From: Nemertoderma westbladi
Lineage: Eukaryota; Animalia; Xenacoelomorpha
DNA length: 64,000 bases
Assembly (NCBI GenBank): GCA_032718475.1
Contig: JAUCBJ010001382.1
Span: 1 to 64,000 of the forward strand
Reading direction: 5' to 3'
Below are positions 12,586-24,900 of this stretch, piece by piece. The notes under the pieces were generated by a model, which was not told where the DNA came from, made no database searches, and was given only the letters and a program-made list of their open reading frames with translations. The position numbers and the translations under genes are program-made. Each line of letters opens with the position of its first letter. The stretch's first letter is position 1.

Positions 12586-15500
12586 CTAAATGATGATATC
12601 AATCATGTTAGTGTGGTGTGATATATGAGCAGTGGAAATAAAGGGTTAGTTTGGATGGTTTAAAGAATTTAAGTGCAATTTTGTGGGCTGCCATCTGTGC
12701 GCAGAATATTTTATAAACCTGTGTTGGTGAACCATTTCCGTATTACATTCATGCTCTGTTGCCTAGATGGATCGGCATTCCATTCCGCCACTATAGGGAA
12801 GCTGGAGTATTGATCTGTATTTTCAAGGAAATGTTTCCCCCTAAGTTCGAATAAATCAGAGGATGTGGATTGGAATGAGCAGTTGGGTATGGGGTTTGTC
12901 TGTAGTGTCCCCTTGGGGAAGCTGGGTAGTACTCCCTGACAGGTATCACATTGGCCAACCATGCTTTCGATATCAGCGTTGATGCAGGGCTAATAGACGC
13001 TATTTCGTGCACATTGTTTCGTCCTGGTGACTCCGAGGTGAGGGGTGTGTAATCGTTTAAGAATTTCATGGTGAATTTCGGTAAGCCGGCGAGATATAGT
13101 TGGCACTTCGAGATGGCATAATGAATAGCTATGCTCTCCAACCATGTTTCCGGGTCTGTAAGGAATATAATTTATTATTCCTTTATTATTTTATTATTTA
13201 TACTTTTTTCCAGTCATTACCATGGAGTTGTAGGAGGTCAAATCCAAAGCAGTGTAGCCTGCTTGCATCTGTTTCGAGGCGAGTTTCTCGGGTCATTTCG
13301 AAGGGCGCTAGTACTGGGGGGCTAATCAGTGCTTTTTAACATAGGTAAATGCAGCGTCATGATTAGCTGTCCTTACGAATGCGTTTTGCACACGTAATAA
13401 TTCATGTAGGGGGGTAGCATTCATTTAGACTTTACTACTGTAATGATCCAGTTGATTGGCCAGGCCCGTGAAACTCCACAGGTGCATAATATTCTAAAGA
13501 GTTGGATATTCACTAATTGCATGGAGTTTATATCAGGATCGGCTGCATTCCCATCATTGGATATGGATAATATATATATGAGTTTCTAAAGTCTTATTTT
13601 TCTTAGTTAGGATCTTTTTGTCACTCTTAGCTTTCTTTGCATCATCTTTAGAGGATTGGAGGTCAAGTTTAAGTTGTTTTGTATCATCTTTACTGAATTT
13701 GGTGTCAAGTTTCAATTTTGTATCATCTTGTTTCATCAAGCTCACATGAGATTGTGGTTTTCTCTTGAGGTTAAGTATATCCCCTTTGAGTTTTTCGTTA
13801 TCAGATTCTAATTTTGAATTCGGTCTCACTAAATTCTTTATTTCAGTTTCAGCTTTCTTTGATTCACCTTTAGCAGATTTCAGCTCATCTTTGAGTTGCT
13901 TAATCTCAGAATGATCATGGGTGATGGGTGAAGGTGAAACTCTAAATGATGATGTCAGACATGTTAGTATGGTGAGATTCTGTGCAGAACAAATGATTGA
14001 GTTAGTGTGAATTATTTAAAAATATATATTCTAACTTTACAGAAGTAATAGTAGTTAGCACCAGTTGGGAGTCAAAGCCATCATACATAAATTGATTTAG
14101 GATTCTTACTTTATTTTCAAGTGCTATTAGTTTAAATTTTCTGTTTTACAACATAGTTTTGAAGTACTTGTATTATTCATTATTAAACATTAAATTATTC
14201 TGAAAGCATTTTAAAGTATTGCACACCTGTCAAGAGATTTAGGTTTTGTCTTATGTTTCTCGATATCTCTCTTAAGTTTCCCATCATATGTTTCCAATCT
14301 GGAAATCTTCCCATTTAACTCAATCACTTCGATATCTGATTTCTCTATATCATCTTTATCTAATTTCATCTCAACTTGTATTTCTTTAGTTTCAGACTGA
14401 TCATGAGTGATTGGTGAAGATGCTCTAAATGATGATACCAGCTAGTTAGTATGAAGGGGTTAATTTCACAAAGTTAGCTAGTATTTTGAATTTATTTATC
14501 TGGCAGAGACGGTTAAAGTATCAACCCTGCAAATTTGCTCTGCAGTTATAATATAGAATATACAATTTTGAGGATTTGACACCCTGAAAATGGGTGGTGG
14601 ATGTGGATGATTATTGTTTCTGACTTGCAGTTTCATAGAAATATGAAATATTTATTAAAGGTACTGTTCCAGGAATCTTAAACTCGAATGATAATGTTTA
14701 TTTTACTATAATATTATATATAAGTTTATAGGCTAAGTACATAAGTTAGTATTATTATTAGCTTGTTCGTTAGTATCTGCATATAACTAGAAAAGTAAAA
14801 TATATTCAGCAAACCTTTCAATTTCTTTTGATCTTAAATCTGAAGTCACGTTATCAAATTGTTGTTGTAGTTTTTCCAGTTCCGATTCTTGTTTTTCATT
14901 CTTATTAACTAAATCTCTTATTTCCTCCTCTAAAACTTCGACTTCATCCTTTGAGAACTGAAGTTCGAGTTGGCACTCTCTATGGTCGGATTGTTGGTAA
15001 GTGATATTTGATGATGAAACCCTAAATTATGAGCAATCATGTTAACTGGTGATAGTGAATGGTGCAATAGTTAATGAGCTATGGGTAGATAAAGTGAATG
15101 GTGCAATAGTTAATGAGCTATGGGTAGATTAAGTGAATGGTGCAATAGTTAATGATCTATGGGTAGATTAACTGGATGGTGCAATAGTTAATGAGCTATG
15201 AGTAGATTAAGTGAATGGAGCAATAGTTAATGAGCTATGGGTAGATTAAGTGAATGGAGCAATAGTTAATGAGCTATGGGTAGATTAAGTGAATGGAGCA
15301 ATAGTTAATGAGCTATGGGTAGATTAAGTGAATGGTGCAATAGTTAATGAGCTATGGGTAGATTAAGTGAATGGTGCAATAGTTAATGAGATATGGGTAG
15401 ATTAAGTGAATGGAGCAATAGTTAATGAGCTATGAGTAGATTAAGTGAATGGAGCAATAGTTAATGAGCTATGGGTAGATTAAGTGAATGGAGCAATAGT

Positions 15501-18500
15501 TAATGAGCTATGGGTAGATTAAGTGAATGGAGCAATAGTTAATGAGCTATGGGTAGATTAAGTGAATGGTGCAATAGTTAATGAGCTATGAGTAGATTAA
15601 GTGAATGGAGCAATAGTTAATGAGCTATGGGGAGATTAAGTGAATGGAGCAATAGTTAATGAGCTATGGGTAGATTAAGTGAATGGTGCAATAGTTAATA
15701 AGCTATGAGTAGATTAAGTGAATGGTGCAATAATAGTTAATGAGCTATGGGTAGATTAAGGGGGGGGGGTACACCATTTTGGTCCAAAATATGTCGAAAT
15801 TTTTTTTATGGTCAATTATAATGCACCATTGAATGGTGTTTCCAAATCTGAAAACCGCTATTTATTAGCTCTTTTAGTTTTCAAGTTATGTAAATTTCCA
15901 TTTAGGGAATCCTATTGAAATTACTATTACTATGTATAATGAAAGGTCGATTATCTCCAAATATTTTTTTCATGAAATTGTCAACTTCAAAACTCTACTA
16001 CTTCTACAATTTTTGAGTAATTAGTCTGAAACTTCCTGTGGGTGTCTAGATAGCCACCCTGCATAAAAGTATCAGACAACTTTTCGAAATTTGTTGTTAA
16101 TAAAATTTAATACTATTTATAGAAAAAACCTAAAAATTAGCATAAATTTGCAGCGCCACCTAGCGGTGCAGAATTATTTTAACAAAATTTCGCCTGATAG
16201 TTATGTTGCCCCATCTTTGATCTTCGATCTATCATATAAAAAAACTTTCATATGATTAGGTTCAAAACTGTAAAAGCCTTAGGGTTTTAAGCGCAACCAC
16301 GTTTTTTTTATTGTTAACTAGTATTAACTAATATTAAATAGCGAAAAAAATTTTTTTTCTGACCTGTCATGTAGAATAGCATCTTAGGCACCTATATGCC
16401 AAATTTTAGCCAAAACCAAACAATTTTGAAACGCTGAGAGTGATAAATCGAAGAGTTGTCCGAAAATGGTGTACCCCCCCTTAAGGATGGGAAATATATT
16501 TTAATTTACTACATTCTGGGAACTGGAAATATTTATAATCTATGAGAAAATAAGTGTAGTGGCTACATGGATGATTATTAACTTCAACTTGTTTGTATAG
16601 CTAGATAATTTAGGAATGTAATTTGGCATAGGTGTCATAATATTAAATGTGAAAATAAATCTGCTGCAACCAGTGAAGTATTAGGGAATATTGAGATTAG
16701 GATTAGTTTGTAGATTAGGACTAGTGTGTAGATTAGGATTAGTGTGTACTGAGTAGATTAGAATTAGTGTGTAGATTAGGATTAGTGTGTAGATTAGGAT
16801 TAGTGTGTACATTAGGATTAGTTTGAAGATTAGGACTAGTGTGTAGATTAGGATTAGTGTGTACTGTGTAGATTAGGATTAGTGTGTAGATTAGGATTAG
16901 TGTGTAGATTAGGATTAGTGTGTAGATTATGATTAGTGTGTAGATTAGGATTAGTGTGTAGATTAGGATTAGTGTGTAGATTAGGATTAGTCTGTAGATT
17001 AGGACTAGTGTGTAGATTAGGATTAGTGTGTACTGTGTAGATTAGGATTAGTGTGTAGATTAGGATTAGTGTGTAGATTAGGATTAGTGTGTAGATTACG
17101 ATTAGTGTGTAGATTAGGATTAGTGTGTAGATTAGGATTAGTGTGTAGATTAGGATTAGTGTGTAGATTAGGATTAGTGTGTAGATTAGGATTAGTGTGT
17201 AGATTAGGATTAGTGTGTAGATTAGGATTAGTGTGTAGATTAGGATTAGTCTGTAGATTATGACTAGTGTGTAGATTAGGATTAGTGTGTACTGTGTAGA
17301 TTAGGATTAGTGTGTAGATTAGGATTAGTGTGTAGATTAGGATTAGTGTGTAGATTAGGATTAGTGTGTAGATTAGGATTAGTGTGTAGATTAGGATTAG
17401 TGTGTAGATTAGGATTAGTTTGTAGATTAGGATTAGTGTGTAGATTAGGATTAGTGTGTAGATTAGGATTAGTTTGTAGATTAGGATTAGTGTGTAGATT
17501 AGGATTAGTGTGTAGATTAGGATTAGTGTGTAGATTAGGATTAGTTTGTAGATTAGGATTAGTGTCTAGATTAGGATAAGTGTGTAGATTAGGCCAAGAA
17601 GCATGGTTGGAGGAGGGGAGGTATATTGCCTTGGGGATTAAAAGTTTAATTTATTCAAAGATAAAATCACTGGAGAGAGAAACATCATTATGCGTAAATA
17701 TTTAAAGTAAATTTGAAGTGAAACATTGATTCAGAATAAACTATCATTCTAAAAGTTGAATCAAAGGCCAATTGGAAAAGGGGATTCCATTGGGATAAGA
17801 TATAGAAGAAATAAGCATAATTAATTATAAGTAATTAAACAGGACTAAGGATGATCCAACTCTATAGCAAATGTAGCGGAAAAAATGAATTCGCCACCAG
17901 CGGGGATCAAACCCGCGTAATAAGCATAATTAATAATTTACAAAGTATGGGAATCGAAAAATCAATGATAAAGTAAATAGTGAAATATATTTTAAAAATT
18001 TTATAATAAGTTTCTACCAACCTTTCTATGGAACCAGGAATTATTGTTTCCTTTTCTTCCAAGTCGAGATGTACAAATTGATCCTGATCTGAATCATCAT
18101 TAGTGGGGGATTTAGCGACGACCCTGATAAGAACAAATTACATTATTGATAATATAAGTAATATTATACTATAATTTTGTTATCTTTAAATAATGGTTTA
18201 AATATATATAATATTCATCCAATGTTTATGTGCGACGTTAATGAAGTTATTACGAATGTTCCCTCAACATGATTTGAGTGTTTGCTAGGCACACACACGT
18301 CCATGAATCTAGGAAGTATACATTATGTACAGACAATGGCAGTTGGTATAGTGAATAATATGAGTAGGCTTTATTGAATGCATGCATGTAGTCACAATAA
18401 TCAATAACCAATATTGAATATGATTAAATCTAAATTCAACATACACCATGATCCATAATATTATGTCATTTTATATATAGTGTCATTAAATGGAAAAAAT

Positions 18501-21500
18501 GACTTACAGCAATTTTTTGCAATTTTTTACATATTTAGAATCCTCGCAATGCAAGATTTCTAATGATATGAAATACGACTAATATGAAGAATGGCAGAAG
18601 ACACGTTTTTGAATAATTTCTCAAAAGACATTTTTTAAAACAAATTTTAAAGCAAAAGAAAAAAAAGCAAAAAACAAAATTTAAAGGTAAAAATAGAAAA
18701 TTCCGGATTAATGGGGAACTCGATGGTGAGTTGAAAACTATTGGTGTTTCAAATTTCAAGGAATATAATAAAAATTTGTAGAAAAATCTGGGGAAGGGTT
18801 GGTGTCATCAGAAAATGACACTATATTACGAGTCATGGTGTACAATTTGCGAACCTTTCAATATGTAAAGATTTCTGTTTAAGATTATCAATATCACGTT
18901 TAAGTGTTTCTATATGAGACTCTGATGTCTGATTTTTCTTTTTAAGGATCTTATATTCGCTCTCAGCTTTCTTTGCAAGATCTTTAGCTAATTGGAGGTC
19001 AAGTTTAAGATGCTTTGTATCATCTTGTTTCATCAACCTCTCTGGAAATTGTGGTTTTATCTTTAAGTTGTCTATATCCCGTTTGAGTTTTTCATTATCA
19101 AATTCTAATTCGGAATTTATTCTCGTCAAATCCATTATTGTAGATTCAGCTTTCTTAGTTTCATCTTTAGCAGATTTCAGCTCAACTTTTAGTTGTTTAG
19201 TGTCAGGCTGGTCATGAGCAATGGGTGCAGATGAAACCCTAAATAATGAAGTCAGACATGTTAGTATGGTGAGATATTTTGTGCAGTATAAATAATGAGT
19301 TATCATCATGTTATCTGTATTGTCCAGTATCAGACTTGCCATGTACGTACATGTGCACTAGCGGAAGATGAAACCCTACATGATGGTATCAGACATATTA
19401 GTGGTATGGTGGCATATTATACATTGCAAATAATGATAATATATATAAAAAATATATATAATATAATATAATATACTATAATGTTATATTATATTTTAAC
19501 TGCTTAAGTGAAATATCTGAAATTATTGTTGCTATTGTTCCAAACGACATTTAAACTGTTTTGTTATTTTGATATAGAAGTCAAATCAATTTAAAAAAAT
19601 TATTGTTATTATTGGACGTTTTATGCCCATTCATTAAATAAACAAAGTGTATCATATTTAGTAATAGTTTGTTCGAGTATTTTAGAAAACTGTAGTAAAA
19701 CCGCAAACCTTTCTATTTCTTTTGAGTTTAACTGTGAATTTAGATCATCAAGTTCTTGATGGAGTTTTGCCAGATCTGATTCCTGCTTTTCATTCTTATT
19801 TATGAAATATCTTATTTCTTCCTCCAAAATTTCGATTTCATCTTTCAAGAATTGAAGTTGAAGTTGACATTCTCTATGATCTGATTTGTCATAAGCAATA
19901 TTGGATGAAAAAACCCTAAATTATGAACAATCATGTTAGCTGATGATAGTAAATAGTGCAATAATAAACAATAAACAATGAGCGAATCAATTATGGGAAA
20001 TAAGAATTGATATTAATCCATTCTGGAAACCAGAAATATTAACAGAAATTAATTGTGGCCAGAGTGTGAATAGCCATTTTGTTGCGAGTGGCCATTATCA
20101 ATTATTGTCATTCTTGAGACATTGAAAATAAAAAATGTGCCACTATAGATGTTTCAAAGGCAAATAGGTGTCAAAAGCATGTTTTTCTCCATATCAACTA
20201 TACCTTTTTCTTATATTGCTAGCTATATAAACTTTTAAAAAAGAGACTTTAACTCATAATGCACTGGCAATGTGGTCAGAACTATGACATCTATCCTCAA
20301 TATTGAAACAGTCGAAACGAAGTAAACAGTCGGCCGAAGCAAGAGGCGACCCGAGTCGCCTCTGCTGCTATTTCGATAGCTGCTAATTTAACTCATTTAA
20401 CTAATTTAACTAATTTAACTCATTTAACTCATTTAACTCAGTTAACTCATTAAACTCATTTAACTCATTTAACTCATTAAACTCATTTAACTCATTTAAC
20501 TCATTTAACTCATTTAACTCATTTAACTCATTTAACTCATTTAACTCATTTAACTCATTTAACTCAGTTAACTCATTAAACTCATTTAACTCATTTAACT
20601 CATTTAACTCATTTAACTCATTTAACTCATTTAACTCATTTAACTCATTTAACTCATTTAACTCATTTAACTCATTTAACTCATTTAACTCATTTAACTC
20701 ATTTAACTCATTTAACTCATTTAACTCATTTAACTCATTTAACTCATTTAACTCTGTTACGGTATATGGCGCTGTATCCATATTATTAGTCATCATGCAG
20801 TATGCAATATTAGTCCGTTATGCAGTATGCAATATTAGTCTGTTATACTGTACGTAATATTAGTCCATTGTGCAGCATGATATTTTAGATAAGGCATAAT
20901 AACGCAGTGGTATTTAGGTAGGGAAATCAAAACGCCCATATATTTGAAACCATCCATTTTGTATAGTATGTAGCCCTACCTACGTAATTTTGTATTAGGA
21001 TATATGTAGATAGTTCCAGGGTAGCGAGTTTATTCGGACCCTGGATTTTGTGCTTGCTGATATTAGTTTGATAGGGCTAGCATATAGGGACGCCGTCCTG
21101 GCCATTCAGCAGCCAGGGACGTGAACCATTACCATATATGGTAATAATTTGAGCAATAGGGCTACAATCCGGCCTCCTTATTGGATTAACTGCTTCCAGG
21201 TTGGTCTAATGCTAGCATGGACTGGAGAGCCAATAGGAGAGCGATTGAGTCACCCTATTGCATCATCCCATCCGGATCACCTATAAATTGGCGGTGTGCC
21301 GGTAGAGCCTTACAACCTGTTATCAATCAATTCAACCTTCACTGCTGTTGTACTTGCTGAGCTGTCTCTATTCAATTTTGACGGATTTTAGAGTATTTTT
21401 GCAATTTGATTAATTTCTTGAAATGATTTGCTAGTGCGATTACTCTTGCTTGTGTTTCTCAATTAATTCCTTCGATTACTGCTAATTACAACTGAACTAT

Positions 21501-21880
21501 GATTTCTACCTTTTGATTAATGGTTCTATGTGATTCTTTTCTGCGCAATAATCCTAAGGGATTTCTGAGACTGTCAGACTTTGTGATTTGCATGCGCCGC
21601 TACGGTAGCTATTAGCATAATGGAGGGCTAAGGCGCCAGTGGGCGGTGGGCACATCGGGGGGTTGAGCGACTAAGGGAGAGCGGAGGATTCAAAAGCGGG
21701 CAACGCTGGCGGGGGTCAACGTTGCGGTCGGGCAGTTTGGACTGTGGGTTGGAGACCGCTCGCCGGTACAGTAATTAGGGGGCTGATGATCCAAGGTTTT
21801 GTCTCTATTTAGTATTAGGTGGCAGGAATTGGGTTAGTTAGGAAGCCTAGATGTACCCGGGAGGGGCCTGCATACCTTAC

Positions 21881-21915
<35 letters not shown>

Positions 21916-24900
21916 TGCGAGTAAGTAGATTGCGAATTAGTCAATTGCGAATTATTATGTTGCGAATTATATAATTGCAGATTGTATAATTGCAAGTCGT
22001 GCTATTGTGATCTGTGATTGCTGACGTTGATTGGTGTGTTACTGAAGTGTGCCTATGATTACGAATGCTTAGGTAGGCGCCCCTTTCTCTTTGATTGATT
22101 TCTATTTCTTAGTTACAACAAATAATTACTGATTAGGTCAAAGTAATACGGCATTTTAGGCTATTACTAGCGAAACCTGTTGTGTAATAAATTAGAATTA
22201 CGCATTCTGGAACTCTTAGTAATTAGTACGCTGTTACATATTTGTGACTGTAATTGATTAGTAAAATTAAGAATTAGTACGCAGCATAGCGGAGAGTAGC
22301 TAAGGTAATAATTTAGAGTACCGTAAACTATTCACGCTGAGCGGTTATTTGCATTAGCGGGCAATAAGCTAGATCGCAGTAGTCAGTACGCAAGACACTA
22401 GTAAGTTGCTGGCCTAAAGCCAGCTGCAGGCAAGTTTAGACCCAGAGCGGTATCACCTACGAAAGACATTGTACTGTACCAATTTTGATTATTTAAATAT
22501 TCTCGCATTCACACATTCCGTTAGGGAACCCCCAGTATTCGCGATTAGAAAAGACGTAGGCATTAGCGTACTTCAACAGTAGTAAAATTAGGCGTAAGAA
22601 TATACTCTGAGTGCAAAGCCCCTCGCACTCGTCTTAAGTAAGCTTAGGGAGCCGACTCGGGTTTATTGTTTTGGTTATTCCCGCGTGGCTCATAGATTCG
22701 AACAGTTAGCTCTCTATCGAGCGATCGGTAGAGAAAGGAACAAGCGATTTTGCAGGAGCTGTGTAAATTTAGTAAAATATATTAGCGGACGGCAGATTAG
22801 CGCCATCCAACGGTAAGTAGCGGTTTTGTATTTAGCAACCTTTACAATTTAGTAATAGCACGCTCCTGATCCCCTTTACTTAACAGTAGAGCAGTCTTTG
22901 TGTCTTATTCTGTTATTGGTTAGGCGAGAGCTCATTACAGTCATTAGGTTGGCAGAGAGGTATACGGGTATTTGTCTGTTCAACAGTTCTGCTGTTAGTA
23001 TAGGTGTCGCGGTTGTTTAACAGTAAGGTATGTTTTTATTGGCTGTTGCTTGCAGCGGTCAATAGTGTATTCTTAGGCTGTTGTTTAGATTACTGTATTC
23101 ACTGGTTGCGTACGATAGTACAGTAGTACATTAGGCTGATTGCTGTTACTGCGTACGGTAGAAGGGACATTTGTTTTGCCGTACCACACACAGTATCATT
23201 AGGCTGTTAGGTTGGTGTACTGTTTTACTTACTGTACTGTGATAAGTTCTTCTTGCCCTCCCCCGGGTTATATCTGCACCGACCACAATTGATGCTAAAC
23301 TCCAATATGATATGATAAGAATAACAAACATACATATATTAATTAAGCAACAATAATTTCATTAATCACAGACTTATGTCACCATTGTAAATACCGATAG
23401 GCTACCAACTAATTAGCATTAGGCCTACATAAATAATTATTGCAGTAATCGGGTATACACTATTCCCCTTACATCCTCCCTCACAGGCAAAAGATCGGCT
23501 CGATCTTTACATTTACAAATAAAATTTACTTTCAGTTTAAAATTACACAACTGATTAAACAACTGATAACAATGGTAATATGAATCAATCATAAAACTAT
23601 ACTCTTTCATCTAACAAAATTTCTTAACTTTAAATTAATAAACTTTCATTTTATACCATAAACAAATAATCAACTTACTACATACTGTATAATGTAATGT
23701 CAACAATAATCAACTTACAACATACTGTATACTGTAATGTAAACAATAATCAACTTACAACATACTGTATACTGTAATGTAAACAATAATCAACTTGTTT
23801 CCTTTATTTTTATTTATAATCACTACAGTACCATGTTTCTTCCGCAGGTTCATCAATAATACCGACACAATGAAAATGGAACCAATCAAAACAACGGTCA
23901 CAACTTATCATTGATGGACCTTCTATAAACCATGGAATGCCACAAATCGGGCAAGGGTAAATTTCTGATTCATCTACACCGTGATCGGTTATGGGTTTAT
24001 GAGTACGATCAATGTCACGGCCTAAAATTGGTTTAACACTGCGACCACTCACAGGAATATTGGTAGGCAATGACGGTAAGTACGGTCCTACTCTAAGACG
24101 CACATCATCCCTACTAATAACTCTAGTTTTATTATCACATAAACCATTTATATGCGTAATAGTAACATTTTTATTATCAATGTGAGTAACACGAAAAGGA
24201 CCCACAAACTTTGGTGCCAATTTACGATCAGTACCAGGATTAATGGAATGATTTTTGGCCCAAACAATATCACCCTCTGATATGACCTGATCCTTAACTT
24301 TTCGGTCAAAATTACGTTTCTGAGTAATTTGTGATTTCGCAATACACTTTCTAGCCAAATGCCATACTGATGACATTTGCTCTCCAATTAATTTTGCTCT
24401 TAAATCTGGTGTAAATTTTTCACCTTCAGGTAAAATAAAATTATCTGCTGGGCGCCTGGCCTCAAAACCATGCAAACAATAAAAAGGTGTTTGCCCAGTG
24501 GACGAATGAACAGTTAAATTGTATGCAAATTGCGCAATGGGTAATACTACATCCCAATCCCTTGATTTATGGTCAGTTTGAGAACGCAAAAGTCTAGTCA
24601 TAGTTTGTATCGTCCGCTCAGCCAGCCCATCTGACTGTGGATGGTAAGGTACCGTAAAAACCTTCCTTGTTAAACAACGTTGCGCAATTTCCTCAACCAG
24701 CTTTGATCTGAAATTCGGACCCTGGTCGGATAATAATATTTCAGGCGCTCCATACCGTAGCACAATCCGGTGCATAAACGCATCCGCTGTCGACTTAGCG
24801 CTGCCATCACACAAAGGAACAAACTCTGCATACTTTGTTAGATAGTCTATAAAGATAGCAATGTAGGTATTACAATTATCGGTGGGTACAAAAGCCCCCA

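Noticed and set aside
1015-12602. Tandem family of small single-exon 83-99 aa genes
   Set aside because: The conserved part is bounded by AG/GT in a constant phase. The Met starts and hydrophobic tails are intronic and vary or vanish between copies.
17051-17579. CRLGLV repeat ORFs or a telomeric TTAGG array
   Set aside because: An 18-bp minisatellite; TTAGG is not in pure tandem.
19345-19410. Micro-exon behind a duplicated acceptor
   Set aside because: The nearest donor is phase 0, incompatible with the phase-2 neighbours; probably a truncated duplicate.
20410-20796. NEL-repeat ORF
   Set aside because: Translation of a 9-bp satellite starting inside the BEL LTR.
21783-21850. Hammerhead ribozyme (CTGATGA) upstream of the putative primer end
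   Set aside because: No GAAA after the following stem and no closing stems found by eye. An Infernal search would settle it.
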